DNA of 62,286 bases, filler included, from Actinomycetota bacterium (GTDB taxonomy: Bacteria > Actinomycetota > CADDZG01 > JAHWKV01 > JAOPZY01): the NCBI GenBank assembly GCA_025963875.1. It is 5 parts of 5 records of this genome, joined end to end, with 100 filler letters (N's around TTAATTAATTAA, not from the genome) between each part and the next. Parts side by side here need not be neighbours in the genome. Positions count along the whole stretch, not along the records: positions 1 to 15,481 come from JAOPZY010000037.1; positions 15,582 to 34,238 come from JAOPZY010000156.1; 3 more parts are not named here. One strand, 5' to 3'. How positions within the stretch are numbered: the stretch's first letter is position 1; every line of letters begins with the position of its first letter. Positions 10,330-20,473 of the stretch are shown here, in pieces. The position numbers and the translations under genes were made by a program. Under the pieces are notes generated by a model. The model ran no database searches. It was not told where the DNA came from and saw nothing but the letters and a program-made list of their open reading frames with translations.

Positions 10330-10700
10330 TCCTCGTCCACCCCCCGGTGCTTGCGGCGGAGGGACCTCAGGCTGACGCCGGCACCGGTGAGCAGGGCCAT
10401 GCCCTTGATGATGGGGTTGGCAGTGGCGGCGGTGACGAGCTTGGCCACGTTGGACACGCTCGCCGCCGCCGACTCCGCCGAGGCCATGATGCCGTCGACC
10501 CGGTCCATCTCGACGTTGAGCGTGACCACCGTCGTCCGGACCTCCTTGAGCAGCGGCATGGTCTCCTTGCGGACGTCGTTCAGGGTCATCTGCACCTCAC
10601 CCAGGATGCCGGCGATCTTGGCGAGGACGACGGCGAGGAAGGCCACGAGTGCGACGAAGGCAAGTGCGGCGATGAGTGCTGCGGCTTGGCCCCAGGTCAA
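10326..10700 (-). CDS. DUF948 (YoxC-like) membrane protein
   Basis: TTG start with GGAG RBS; GQAAALIAALAFVALV TM followed by coiled-coil ...PLLKEVRTTV...; typical position upstream of alaS. Confidence 0.8.
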   Translation of the reverse strand: MTWGQAAALIAALAFVALVAFLAVVLAKIAGILGEVQMTLNDVRKETMPLLKEVRTTVVTLNVEMDRVDGIMASAESAAASVSNVAKLVTAATANPIIKGMALLTGAGVSLRSLRRKHRGVDEE

Positions 10701-10755
10701 AGGGTACTCCGGTGCAGGGTGTGCTCCATGTCGGCCAAACCATATCGGAACCGTG

Positions 10756-12081
10756 TCATTCGCCGCGCCGGAGCTCGTCCAGGCGCCGGCGGATCGATTG
10801 TTCGGCCCCGTGGTCCGTGGGCTCGTAATAACGGCGGCCCTTGGGAGCCCCGTCGGGGAGGTACTGCTGGGCCACCCAGCCGCCTGGATAGTCGTGGGGG
10901 TAGAGGTACCCCTTGCCGTGGCCGAGTCGCTTGGCGCCCGGGTACCCGGTCCCCCGCAGGTGCGGCGGCACCTCCCCGGCGCCCATGCGCTGAACGTCCT
11001 CGGTCGCCCGCCCGATGGCGACCATCGAGGCGTTGGACTTCGGCGCCGTCGCCAGGTAGATGGCGGCCTGGGAGAGGTTGAGCTTGGCCTCGGGCAGCCC
11101 GACGAACTCGAGGGCCTGGAACGCCGCCACCGCGACAACCAGCGCCATCGGGTCGGCGTTGCCGATGTCCTCGGAGGCAAGGATCACCATACGGCGGGCG
11201 ATGAAGCGCGGGTCCTCCCCCGCCTCGAGCATCCCGGCGAGCCACCACAGCGCCGCGTCGGGGTCGGAGCCCCGCAGGGACTTGATGAACGCCGAGATGG
11301 CGTCGTAGTGGGCGTCGCCGCCCTTGTCGTACCGGATAAGGGGCTGCTGGAGGGCCGACGCCGCGGTCTCCTCCGTGGCCTTGTCCTGCCCCGTCGCCAG
11401 CGCGGCCCCGACCGTCGCCTCCAGAGCATTGAGGGCAACCCTGGCATCGCCCCCGGACCGGTCGACGATGTAGGCGATCGCCTCATCGTCGACGGCGACG
11501 CCGCTGCCGCCGAGGCCGCGATCGGGGTCCTCGAGGGCCCGCTCCAGCAGGGTGACGACGTCGGTGCGCGAGAGCGGCTCCAGCCGGAACACGAGGCTCC
11601 GGGAGAGCAGCGGCGAGTTCACCGAGAAGTAGGGGTTCTCGGTGGTGGCGCCGATGAGCGTCACCTCGCCGCGCTCGACCGCCGGAAGGAGGGCGTCCTG
11701 CTGGGCCTTGTTGAAGCGGTGGATCTCGTCGATGAAGAGGATGGTCTTGCGCCCGGTGGCACCGAGGGCCTCCTTGCCCTCGGCGATGGCCCTGCGGACA
11801 TCGGCCACGGTGCCCGAGACGGCCGAGAGCGTCACGAACCGGGACTTCGTGGCGGCGGCGACGATGCCGGCGAGGGAGGTCTTGCCGGTGCCGGCCGGCC
11901 CCCACAGGATGATCGAGCCGAGGCGGTCGGCGGTGATCAGGTTGCGCAGTGGGCCGTTGGGGCCGACGAGATGCGCCTGGCCGACGAGTTCGTCGAGGGA
12001 CCGGGGCCGCATGCGCGCGGCGAGGGGCGCGAAGGAATCGAAGTGCTCCTCGGCGGCGTGGGTGAAGAGGTTGTCGGCCAT
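10756..12081 (-). CDS. rarA: replication-associated recombination protein A (MgsA)
   Basis: PLAARMRP, WGPAGTGKT, FIDEIHRFNKAQQD, ATTENP, SAFIKSLRGSD and ASEDIG. Confidence 0.97.
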   Translation of the reverse strand: MADNLFTHAAEEHFDSFAPLAARMRPRSLDELVGQAHLVGPNGPLRNLITADRLGSIILWGPAGTGKTSLAGIVAAATKSRFVTLSAVSGTVADVRRAIAEGKEALGATGRKTILFIDEIHRFNKAQQDALLPAVERGEVTLIGATTENPYFSVNSPLLSRSLVFRLEPLSRTDVVTLLERALEDPDRGLGGSGVAVDDEAIAYIVDRSGGDARVALNALEATVGAALATGQDKATEETAASALQQPLIRYDKGGDAHYDAISAFIKSLRGSDPDAALWWLAGMLEAGEDPRFIARRMVILASEDIGNADPMALVVAVAAFQALEFVGLPEAKLNLSQAAIYLATAPKSNASMVAIGRATEDVQRMGAGEVPPHLRGTGYPGAKRLGHGKGYLYPHDYPGGWVAQQYLPDGAPKGRRYYEPTDHGAEQSIRRRLDELRRGE

Positions 12082-12124
12082 ATCGGACCCAAGGTACTAC
12101 CGACACCCCGTCGTCCGGCTGGGG

Positions 12125-12165
12125 CGGGTGCAATTTCCCACCCCCACGGTGGTTTTTTGCACCCG
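12125..12165. repeat. REP-like imperfect palindrome
   Basis: CGGGTGCAA-TTTC-CCACC-CCCAC-GGTGG-TTTT-TTGCACCCG. Confidence 0.7.
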
Positions 12166-12183
12166 GGCTCGGTCTATGGCGAG

Positions 12184-13377
12184 CTATTGCGAGGCTTGCG
12201 TGAACACCACCGGCGCCCAGGTGTGGCCACCGTCGTGGGTCATGAGCAGGCTGGCCGGCTCGGTTCCCTGCGCGATCCGCACGGCAACGCCCTGGCTGGG
12301 GTTCGTGAAGCCGAGGTCGTTCCAGCTCTGGGTTGGGCTGCCCGAGAAGACGGTCGCCCACGTTGCCGCACCGTCGAACGTCGCCACGAGCCTGCTGGCG
12401 TCGGCGACAACGATGGTGCGGGGCACGGGCGATGCGACGCCCTGGGCGTCGGTAGCGGACGGCACGAGGGTCCCCTGCCCGGGGAAAGCCACCCCATCCG
12501 TCGACACGTAGACACGGACCGTGATGGCCGGCCCGGTGAACCGCCCCTCCGTGCAGGCCGCGACCAGGTCGGTCGGCGTCGAGGCCCCCAGCACCGCCGG
12601 CCCCCCGACGCTCGTGCAGGGCGGCTGCCACGGCACCCAGGTCCCTCGGGTGAGGCGGGCTCCGTTGACCACGACACGGTCGTTCTGCACCACCCATCCG
12701 GAGCCGCCCTGGAGCACGATCTGCGCCTCCGGGATGGGCCCCGCCCCGAGCGGGAGCTTCGTGGGCGAGAGTTGCCAGGCGTCCCGGCCGGCAGGCGTGG
12801 TGAGGATGTCCAAGATGTTCGCCGGATCGAAGACGACCGCATGGGCGACGCCTCCCGATGCGGCGAGATCGGAGACGGTTGGCTGGCCGTCGACCGGCAG
12901 CGAGGGGCGGGCCCAGTGCGATCCCCCGTCGTGGGTCACCCAGAGGTCGGGGCCGAAGGCCCAGCCGTTGCCAGGGTCGGCGAACCGGAGCTTCCGGACC
13001 CCGGTGCCGCCCTGCAGGCTCAGCGACGCGGGAGGGCCGGGGATGCCGGCCCAGGTCTGGCCGCCGTCGCGGGTGCGGAGCACGGAGACGGTGCACGTCG
13101 GGCAGGTGGCGCCCAGGACCCAGCCGGTCTGCGGCGACACGAACGTGACGGACGCGGGAGCGAAACCCTTGGGGACCGGCCCGCCAGGGGGGCCAGCAGC
13201 CGGCGTCGATGTTTGCGTGGGGGCGGTCGCCGGCGGGGAGACCGTGGAGGTTGGCGAGGCTGAGCCGGTCACGGTGGGCGCCGGCGTCGGGCTGCCCTGC
13301 GGCCCGGCAGCGGGCTTGGATGCGCATCCGGCGAGCGCCACAGTGGCGGCGATGGCGAGGATCTGCAAGGCCTTCAC
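12184..13377 (-). CDS. lipoprotein with BNR/Asp-box beta-propeller repeats (Ycf48/sialidase-like)
   Basis: Lipobox LAGC, Pro/Thr linker, repeated T-x-D-G-G-x-[TH]-W boxes; GTG start overlaps the aspS stop. Confidence 0.8.
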   Translation of the reverse strand: MKALQILAIAATVALAGCASKPAAGPQGSPTPAPTVTGSASPTSTVSPPATAPTQTSTPAAGPPGGPVPKGFAPASVTFVSPQTGWVLGATCPTCTVSVLRTRDGGQTWAGIPGPPASLSLQGGTGVRKLRFADPGNGWAFGPDLWVTHDGGSHWARPSLPVDGQPTVSDLAASGGVAHAVVFDPANILDILTTPAGRDAWQLSPTKLPLGAGPIPEAQIVLQGGSGWVVQNDRVVVNGARLTRGTWVPWQPPCTSVGGPAVLGASTPTDLVAACTEGRFTGPAITVRVYVSTDGVAFPGQGTLVPSATDAQGVASPVPRTIVVADASRLVATFDGAATWATVFSGSPTQSWNDLGFTNPSQGVAVRIAQGTEPASLLMTHDGGHTWAPVVFTQASQ

Positions 13378-15194
13378 GACGGATCCGGGACCACCCGCAG
13401 GTGCAGTTCCTTGAGCTGTGACTCGTCGACCGCGTCGGGGGCACCGGTCAGAAGGTCGGTGAACGAGGAGGTCTTCGGGAAGGCGATCACGTCCCGGATG
13501 TTGTCCTTGCCCGCCAGGAGGGCCACCATCCGGTCGATGCCGAAGGCGATGCCCCCGTGCGGCGGGGCGCCGTAGTCGAGCGCCTTCACGAACCAGCCGA
13601 AGCGCTGCTCGGCCCGCTCGTCGTCGATCCCGATCAGGGAGAAGACCCGGCGCTGCAGGTCGGGGCGGTGGATACGGATCGACCCACCGCCGAGCTCCCA
13701 CCCGTTCATCACGACGTCGTACGCCCTCGCCTTGACCGAGCCGGGGTCGGACTCCAGCAGGGCCTCGTCCTCCGGCCGGGGAGCGGTGAAGGGGTGGTGG
13801 ACCGGGTCCCAGCGTCTCTCGGTCTCGTTCCATTCCACGAGCGGCATGTCGGTCACCCAGAGCAGCTTCCAGGCCGCGGGGTCGCTGGGCTCCAGCGCGG
13901 GACGAAGCGAGAGGAGGTCGGCCAGGGCGAGGCGGACCTCACCGAGGGCGCGGTTCGCCACCGCCCGCCGGTCGGACACCACCAGGACGAGGTCGCCGTC
14001 CCCGGCCCCCGTCGCCTTGGCGAGTGCCTCGACGTCCTCTGGCGACAGGAACTTCGCCAGCGGTGACGAGACGCCGCCCTCGGCAGCGGCGTCGAAGACG
14101 ATCCAGGCCAGGCCCCCGGCCCCGTAGGCCCGGGCCACCTTGGTCAGCTCGTCGAGCTCCTTGCGGCCGAAGCCGCGTGCCGCCCAGCCGGGCACAAGCA
14201 GGCCCTTCGCCGCCCCGCCGGCGTCGAGCGCCCTGCGGAACACCTGGACGCCGCTGGTGGCGAACACCAGCCCGAGGTCGATCATCTCGAGGCCGAAGCG
14301 GAGGTCGGGCTTGTCGGTGCCGTAGCACTCCATCGCGTCGTCGTAGGCGAGCTGGGGCAGGGGCAGCGACAGGGTGACCCCATGGGCCGCCTGGAAGACG
14401 GCGGCCAGCATCGTCTCGGTCACCACCCGGACCCCCTCCTCGTCGACGAACGACATCTCGACGTCGAGCTGGGTGAAGTCGGGCTGGCGGTCGGCCCGGG
14501 GGTCCTCGTCCCGGAAGCAGCGCACGATCTGGTAGTAACGGTCCGTGCCCGCGACCATCAGCAGCTGCTTGAACAGCTGCGGGGACTGCGGCAGGGCGAA
14601 GAACCTGCCGGGCTCGAGGCGCGACGGCACGAGGAAGTCCCGGGCGCCCTCGGGCGTGCTCTTGGTGAGCATGGGCGTCTCGACGTCGATGAACCCCTCC
14701 GCGTCGTAGTGCGCCCGGATCGCGCTGATGACCCGGTGGCGCAGCCAGAGGATCGCCTGCATCTCGGGGCGGCGGAGGTCGAGGTAGCGGTAGCGGAGCC
14801 GGGTCTCCTCGCCGACGCCGGCGTGCTCGTCGATCTGGAGCGGCGGGACGGCCGCCTCGGCCAGGATCTCGATGCTCTCGGCCACCACCTCCACCTCGCC
14901 CGTGTTGAGGTTGGGGTTGACCGTGCCCGCGGGCCGGAGGCTCACCGTTCCCGACACGGTGACCACGAACTCCCCCCGCAGGCGGCGGGCCACCTCGTAG
15001 GCGGCCCCGACGCCGTCGGGGCGGGCCACGACCTGCACCAGCCCTTCACGGTCCCGGAGGTCGAGGAAGACCACCCCGCCCATGTCCCGCCTGCGGTGGA
15101 CCCATCCCGCCAGGCGGACTTCCCGGCCCGCGTCGGCGGCGGTGAGGGACCCGCACATGTCGGTGCGGTACGGCCCGGGCCGGGTCCCGCTCAT
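13374..15194 (-). CDS. aspS: aspartate--tRNA ligase
   Basis: GWVHRRRD, STPEGARDF, LPQSPQLFKQLLM, CFRDED and PPHGGIAFGIDR. Confidence 0.98.
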   Translation of the reverse strand: MSGTRPGPYRTDMCGSLTAADAGREVRLAGWVHRRRDMGGVVFLDLRDREGLVQVVARPDGVGAAYEVARRLRGEFVVTVSGTVSLRPAGTVNPNLNTGEVEVVAESIEILAEAAVPPLQIDEHAGVGEETRLRYRYLDLRRPEMQAILWLRHRVISAIRAHYDAEGFIDVETPMLTKSTPEGARDFLVPSRLEPGRFFALPQSPQLFKQLLMVAGTDRYYQIVRCFRDEDPRADRQPDFTQLDVEMSFVDEEGVRVVTETMLAAVFQAAHGVTLSLPLPQLAYDDAMECYGTDKPDLRFGLEMIDLGLVFATSGVQVFRRALDAGGAAKGLLVPGWAARGFGRKELDELTKVARAYGAGGLAWIVFDAAAEGGVSSPLAKFLSPEDVEALAKATGAGDGDLVLVVSDRRAVANRALGEVRLALADLLSLRPALEPSDPAAWKLLWVTDMPLVEWNETERRWDPVHHPFTAPRPEDEALLESDPGSVKARAYDVVMNGWELGGGSIRIHRPDLQRRVFSLIGIDDERAEQRFGWFVKALDYGAPPHGGIAFGIDRMVALLAGKDNIRDVIAFPKTSSFTDLLTGAPDAVDESQLKELHLRVVPDPS

Positions 15195-15481
15195 GCCAGC
15201 TCCGGCGTAGCAGCGAAGCGCCGTTGGAGGCGCTCCTGGGTGGTCTCGAGGGCCTCGGGCAGCACCATGGTCTCGCCGACAACCGGCATGAAGTTGGTGT
15301 CGCCGATCCACCTCGGCACGACGTGCACGTGGAGGTGGCCCGGCACCCCGGCCCCCGCCGGCCGGCCGAGGTTGATGCCGACGTTAAAGCCTTCCGGGTG
15401 CATCTCCTCGTCCAGCACGCCGACGGTCTCCGTGACCAGATCCATGATCCCGAGGCGCTCATCCGAGCTGAGGTCGCCGAG
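15191..15481 (-). CDS. HIT family protein (Ap4A phosphorylase-like), 5' truncated by contig end
   Basis: GFNVGINLG..AGAG..GHLHVHVVPRW.GDTNFMP. Confidence 0.9.
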   Translation of the reverse strand, partial: LGDLSSDERLGIMDLVTETVGVLDEEMHPEGFNVGINLGRPAGAGVPGHLHVHVVPRWIGDTNFMPVVGETMVLPEALETTQERLQRRFAATPELA

Positions 15482-15581
15482 NNNNNNNNNNNNNNNNNNN
15501 NNNNNNNNNNNNNNNNNNNNNNNNNTTAATTAATTAANNNNNNNNNNNNNNNNNNNNNNNNNNNNNNNNNNNNNNNNNNNN
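15482..15581. other. artificial contig linker
   Basis: N runs around TTAATTAATTAA (stops in all frames). Confidence 0.99.
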
Positions 15582-15864
<283 letters not shown>

Positions 15865-15884
15865 TTGGGGAGAGTACCGCCGCA

Positions 15885-16457
15885 GTGGTGCTGTGCGTGG
15901 ACGACAAGGGCGGCATCCAGGCCCTGGACCGCACCCAGCCGATCCTGCCCATGCGCCCCGGCCAGGTCGAGCGCCGAACCCACGACTACGTGCGCAACGG
16001 GATCACCGACCTGTTCGCGGCTTTGAACCTCGCCACCGGGGAGGTCATCCACCAGCTCCGGCCCCAGCACCGGGCGGAGGAGTTCAAGAAGTTCCTCGTT
16101 GCCATCGACAGGGCCGTGCCCGAGGGCTTCGACGCGCACGTCGTGCTCGACAATTCCTCGATCCACAAGACCCCTGCCATCAACAAGTGGCTTCTTCGCC
16201 ACCCCCGCTTCGTGTTCCACTTCACGCCGACGTCGAGCTCGTGGATGAACCTTGTGGAGCGCTGGTTCGCCGAGCTAACCCGGCGTCTGCTGCAGCGGTC
16301 GGCTCACCGAAGCGTCAACGACCTGACCAAGAACCTCAGGGCCTGGATCGCAACCTGGAACGAGAACCCCAGGCCTTTCGTGTGGCAGAAGACGGCGGAC
16401 GAGATCCTTGATTCGCTGGCAGGATATCTACAGCGAATCTCTGACGCAGGACACTAG
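15885..16457 (+). mobile_element. IS630 family transposase, 5'-truncated (DDE domain only) with right end
   Basis: VLCVDDK, THDYVRNG, HVVLDNSSIHK and HFTPTSSSWMNLVERWF; ends ...GACGCAGGACACTAG; HTH domain missing. Confidence 0.9.
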
Positions 16458-16616
16458 TGGTGTGTCGCGAAAGACGACTGACCTCGGGACTCTGTCCCTC
16501 GGGCTGGTCGTCGCCTCATGACCTGACGCCTCGTCCGACCGTAGTGGGGTTTGTCTCGGTCTAGGCGTTTATATCTAGACAGGGACCGTTCCGTTCAGAA
16601 GCGAAGGAGACCGTCA

Positions 16617-18170
16617 ATGCCGGGGGCCAGGGATCTGCTTGCTCGTACCAAGCGCACCGGGTGGCACCTTCTCGGGGCCGTCGCCCGCCCCGCAGTCGTC
16701 CTGGCCCTGATTGCGGGATCGGTGTTCGTCGCCGGGGGCCAGGCTGCAGCGGCTACGACCTTCACCACCTTCACGGCTCCGCTCACGGGGGGTACCGACT
16801 TCGCTACCGGATTCCCCACCTCTGGAAACATCGGTCCGGTCGGCCTCCTTCAGGATGGCAGCAACTTCTTCGCTACCGATTCCCTCAACGCGAGCACCTA
16901 CAAGTTCCCGGCTGCCGGTGGGCCCGCGTCCAGTGCGACGGTTGTCCACAGCCTGCTCGACCTTGACCTCGCACGCGCCCACGGCAACTACTACGCGACC
17001 ACCAACTCCACGCCGGGCGTCTACTCCTTCGATCCAGCGACGCTCGCCGTCGGTCACCGGATCGCCGCGTTTCCCCGGACCGCCTATGGTCTCGTCGGCG
17101 ACCCACTGTCCAACGACCTCTTCGTGGATACCGGCAGCGGGATCTGGCGGGTGCAGAACCCGGACACCTCGCCCGTGGTGACGCAGATCGTCTCGGGGGG
17201 CGCCTACGACGGGATAGCGATCTCAACGGACGGCCAGCACATCTGGGCCGCCATCCCTGGCAGCAACGTGGTGCACGAGTTCGGCCGGCCCCAGCCCGGT
17301 ACGACCATCTGGCCGATGCAGGCGAGCGTCCCGGTCGGCGGTGGCCCCGACGGCATCGCGATCGCACTGGACAACGCCCCGGGAGGCGTCGCCAACAACG
17401 TCTTTGTCAACACCAACAACGGAACCATCGTCCGCATCGACACCAACAAGGGCAATGCCGTCTCGGTGGTGGCCTCGGGCGGCAGCCGGGGTGACTTCGC
17501 CACCGTGGGCCCGGACGGCTGCTTCTACGTGAGCCAGACCGACAAGGTCGTCAAGCTGGCCCCGTGCTTCTTCCAGTCCCCGACCGCCGACCTGTCGGTG
17601 GCGCAGACCGCCCCGGCGGGGGCCGGGGTCCTGCAGGCGATCACGTACAACATCCTTGTGAGCAACGCCGGGCCGAGCTCGGCCACGAATGCCACCTTGA
17701 CCGATACCCTGCCTGCGGGCATGCAGTTCGTCTCCGCCAGCGCGGGCCAGGGAGGCTGCACCCAGTCCGCGGGCGTCGTCACGTGCAATCTGGGTTCCGT
17801 GCCCTCAGGGGCGTCGGTCACGGCGACGGTTGCCGTCACCGGCGGCTTGCTGCCCGCAACGCTGAGCAACACCGCCACCGTGAAGGCAAGCGAGGCGGAC
17901 CCGAACCTGGCGAACAACACATCGGCGGCGACCACGGCCCTGGGTCTGCTCCCGGTCGTGGCCCCGGTTACCTCGCCCACGCCGCCGGCTCCGACGCCGA
18001 CGCCCAGCACCTCGGTCCTCGGCTCGACCTTCTCGCAGGGCCGTGCCCTTCCCGTCACGGGCCCGCGCTTCCCGCTGGGGCTGCTCGGCTTGCTCGGCGC
18101 GTGCCTGATCGGGGTCGGGGTGGTGATCGTCCGCAAGACGCGGGGAGCGGGCAGTCCGCCGAGAGGTTAG
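16617..18170 (+). CDS. secreted beta-propeller + DUF11 surface protein with LPXTG-type sorting signal
   Basis: GGAGA RBS, signal peptide ending AQAAA-like, ADLSVAQT...YNILVSNAGPSSA...DTLP...DPNLANN (DUF11), then LPVTG + TM + RKTR tail. Confidence 0.85.
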   Translation: MPGARDLLARTKRTGWHLLGAVARPAVVLALIAGSVFVAGGQAAAATTFTTFTAPLTGGTDFATGFPTSGNIGPVGLLQDGSNFFATDSLNASTYKFPAAGGPASSATVVHSLLDLDLARAHGNYYATTNSTPGVYSFDPATLAVGHRIAAFPRTAYGLVGDPLSNDLFVDTGSGIWRVQNPDTSPVVTQIVSGGAYDGIAISTDGQHIWAAIPGSNVVHEFGRPQPGTTIWPMQASVPVGGGPDGIAIALDNAPGGVANNVFVNTNNGTIVRIDTNKGNAVSVVASGGSRGDFATVGPDGCFYVSQTDKVVKLAPCFFQSPTADLSVAQTAPAGAGVLQAITYNILVSNAGPSSATNATLTDTLPAGMQFVSASAGQGGCTQSAGVVTCNLGSVPSGASVTATVAVTGGLLPATLSNTATVKASEADPNLANNTSAATTALGLLPVVAPVTSPTPPAPTPTPSTSVLGSTFSQGRALPVTGPRFPLGLLGLLGACLIGVGVVIVRKTRGAGSPPRG

Positions 18171-18209
18171 GAGTCCATCGCGCGAGCTATTTCTGACGCA
18201 CCACACTAG
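18171..18209 (+). mobile_element. IS630 right-end remnant
   Basis: ATTTCTGACGCACCACACTAG resembles ATCTCTGACGCAGGACACTAG (16437-16457); encodes ESIARAISDAPH* versus DSLAGYLQRISDAGH*. Confidence 0.7.
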
Positions 18210-18258
18210 CTGTTCGAGATGAGCCCCTTGTTTGGGCATCGACCCGATCGGCTCGGGC

Positions 18259-19338
18259 CTACTGGTCGCGGGCGTGGCCGAAGTACATCAGTTCCCAGAT
18301 CGCGTCGTCCTTGTGGGTCTCGGCCAGCTCACCACCGCGATACCGTGAGATCTCGATGTCACCGGCGAATCGCAGATAGGCACCGTCGAAGTGCGCCAGC
18401 TTGGCGGCGATGCGTTTGAGCCCCTTGATGGTGTCGATCATCCGGTTTTCCAATAGGTCGCGGGTGCGGGTAAACGACACCACGTATCGGTCCTCGCCGT
18501 CCTGGTAGGTGTAGCGCGTCGTTGCCGCGACGGGCTTGCCGGTCGTCTGATCGGTGTAGACCCCGTCCCGTTCGAAGGTGACCTTCGTCGGGTCGTCGGC
18601 GACGATGACGTACTCGCGGGCGAGCATGAAGATCGGAATCGGCTCGAACCCATACTGTTTCGCGGAGGTGATGTAGGACGCGATGACCGAATACGGCCCG
18701 GCTTGACCGCGAGCCCAATACCAGTCGTGGACCACCTTGCTCAGACTGACATTGCCCCAGTTGTGGTCGTGATAGCCGACCCCCGTCGTCTCGTGCTGCT
18801 CGCCGTCGACGGAGTACGTGACGGTCGCCGCACCCTGGGGCACCGAGGGAAGCCAGGCGAATTCCAGCGACCGATCCGCGCCGAACAGCATGTACCCGGT
18901 CGACGGGCGCCATGGGGGAACCTCACCGGTCAAGGTGACATCGACCGAGATCTCCTCCGCTGTCGCTTGGATCCGATAGCGGTGCAGGTCACCGGTGAAT
19001 CGGTTCTCGCCGAGGCGCACATCGCAATGGTCCTTGGCCACCGACCATTCGCCCGGTGGATAGTGCACGAGTTTCTCGAAGTGTCGCCCGTCGGGAAGAT
19101 CGAGGTCGAGCCGTAGCTGCGGCGACAACTTCTGCAGCTCGACCATGTCCTTGTTCATGAACGTCACGACCAGCTTCGCCCCGTCGGCTAGGTGCGCGTC
19201 GAAGTACCACCATTCGTAGCTACCCGCCGAGTCGTCGGTACGTGCCCCATTCTCCCATTGCGCGATCGAGGTGGGCGATAGTCCGAGACGCTCATAGTCC
19301 GCCGGTGAGCTTGCCATCGCCGCCAGTGTGTCCGCCAT
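18259..19338 (-). CDS. CrtC/AttH-like lipocalin-fold protein (hydroxyneurosporene synthase family)
   Basis: YEWWYFDAH, GYHDHNWG and WYWAR motifs; AGGAG RBS. Confidence 0.8.
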   Translation of the reverse strand: MADTLAAMASSPADYERLGLSPTSIAQWENGARTDDSAGSYEWWYFDAHLADGAKLVVTFMNKDMVELQKLSPQLRLDLDLPDGRHFEKLVHYPPGEWSVAKDHCDVRLGENRFTGDLHRYRIQATAEEISVDVTLTGEVPPWRPSTGYMLFGADRSLEFAWLPSVPQGAATVTYSVDGEQHETTGVGYHDHNWGNVSLSKVVHDWYWARGQAGPYSVIASYITSAKQYGFEPIPIFMLAREYVIVADDPTKVTFERDGVYTDQTTGKPVAATTRYTYQDGEDRYVVSFTRTRDLLENRMIDTIKGLKRIAAKLAHFDGAYLRFAGDIEISRYRGGELAETHKDDAIWELMYFGHARDQ

Positions 19339-19632
19339 GAACTGCTCCTTCCAACGTCGGGTCGCCGATCGGGCACCTGGACCGGCCACCCGGGATCATC
19401 GCACTAGCAACGGCCGGCCCGTCCGACTACGGGATTCGTAGGGCACATCACCACCCACGCGGGCCGCTCAAGGGTCAGCCCTACCTGTGAGTACTTTCTC
19501 AGGCCAATCAACAGGGACTTCACAGAATGAAGGCCCAAGGTAGCTACACGGCCCAGTCAACGAGGGGGGACGACGGGGGTCCGGTGTCTCCCCGACGCTG
19601 AGGAGCTCCGAGCCAGTGGTATGCTGGCATAC

Positions 19633-19863
19633 ATGAGGCGAACCACCGTGAAACTTCCCGACGATCTCGATGCCAAGCTCCGCCACGAGGCTCAGGCTCA
19701 GGGGAAGACAATCTCCGAGCTCACCCGTGAGGCGATTGAAGCGCACCTTGGGCACAACCCAGGGAGTCGCCGGCGGCTTATGGCCGGAAGCGCCGGCCAT
19801 AGTGGGCACACCGACATCTCTGAACACATCGAGGAAATCCTGAGGGCCGAGGTGTCTCGATAG
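19633..19863 (+). CDS. vapB: RHH/CopG antitoxin (VapB)
   Basis: MRRTTVKLPDDLDAKLRHEA...SELTREAIE; -10 TATGCT 7 nt upstream (probably leaderless). Confidence 0.88.
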   Translation: MRRTTVKLPDDLDAKLRHEAQAQGKTISELTREAIEAHLGHNPGSRRRLMAGSAGHSGHTDISEHIEEILRAEVSR

Positions 19864-19868
19864 CGATT

Positions 19869-20273
19869 GTGGTCGACGCAGGACCGCTGTACGCCTACGT
19901 CGATGCGGATGATCGCCACCACGAATCGTGCCTCCAGTTGCTGGAGACACATCCAGGGCCGTTGATCGTCCCCATGCTCGTGGTGACCGAGGCTGACTAC
20001 CTGATCGCCACGCGACTCGGAGTCGAGGCCGAGGCCCGGTTTCTGGGCGACCTGGCCGCCGGGAACCTTATCGCCGAGCCGGTCACGCCCTCCGACTGGC
20101 TGCGGATCGCGGAGCTGGTGGTCACCTACCGCGATTTGCCCCTCGGAGCGGCCGACGCCTCGGTCATTACCGCCGCGGAGCGACTCGGTGTTCATCAGGT
20201 TGCGACGCTGGACCGCCGGCACTTCAGCGTCGTTCGGCCCCGACATGTCGATGCCTTGGAGCTTCTCCCGTAG
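19869..20273 (+). CDS. vapC: PIN-domain toxin (VapC)
   Basis: VDAGPL, VVTEADY, LGAADASV and TLDRRHF. Confidence 0.92.
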   Translation: MVDAGPLYAYVDADDRHHESCLQLLETHPGPLIVPMLVVTEADYLIATRLGVEAEARFLGDLAAGNLIAEPVTPSDWLRIAELVVTYRDLPLGAADASVITAAERLGVHQVATLDRRHFSVVRPRHVDALELLP

Positions 20274-20473
20274 CGCTCCTGCCGCTCGCCGCAGCTTCGA
20301 TCCATCCCGCGGAAATCTCGCGAAACATGGAGTAATGACGGGTACCTCGAGGCGAACTTCGGCGTTGAGCGTCCCAGTGGAATCGCGCCAATGAACTCTA
20401 GCTGAAGGCGCTCACGAGACGGCTACCCGATCCTCCTGATCTTGGTCATGCACGACCCGGCGCAGCCCAGTCG

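Noticed and set aside
8068..13263. 1731-aa plus-strand ORF and many other long antisense or alternate-frame ORFs
   Set aside because: Shadow ORFs of alaS, rarA and others caused by high GC; no recognisable motifs.
13374..15194. Assigning AspRS as discriminating versus non-discriminating
   Set aside because: Signature positions are mixed (RRRDM, RPAG) and cannot be decided by eye.
15482..15581. TTAATTAATTAA within N runs (four occurrences)
   Set aside because: Artificial contig linker; cross-linker adjacency and ORFs containing X are artefacts.
16460..16520. c-di-GMP riboswitch (GAAA-loop hairpin upstream of the surface protein)
   Set aside because: Lacks the GGCAAA...GACGCAAAG consensus; better explained as IS-end sequence or a simple hairpin.
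19470..19530. Imperfect inverted repeat CTGTGAGTAC...GACTTCACAG upstream of vapB
   Set aside because: Short, single occurrence and no assignable function.
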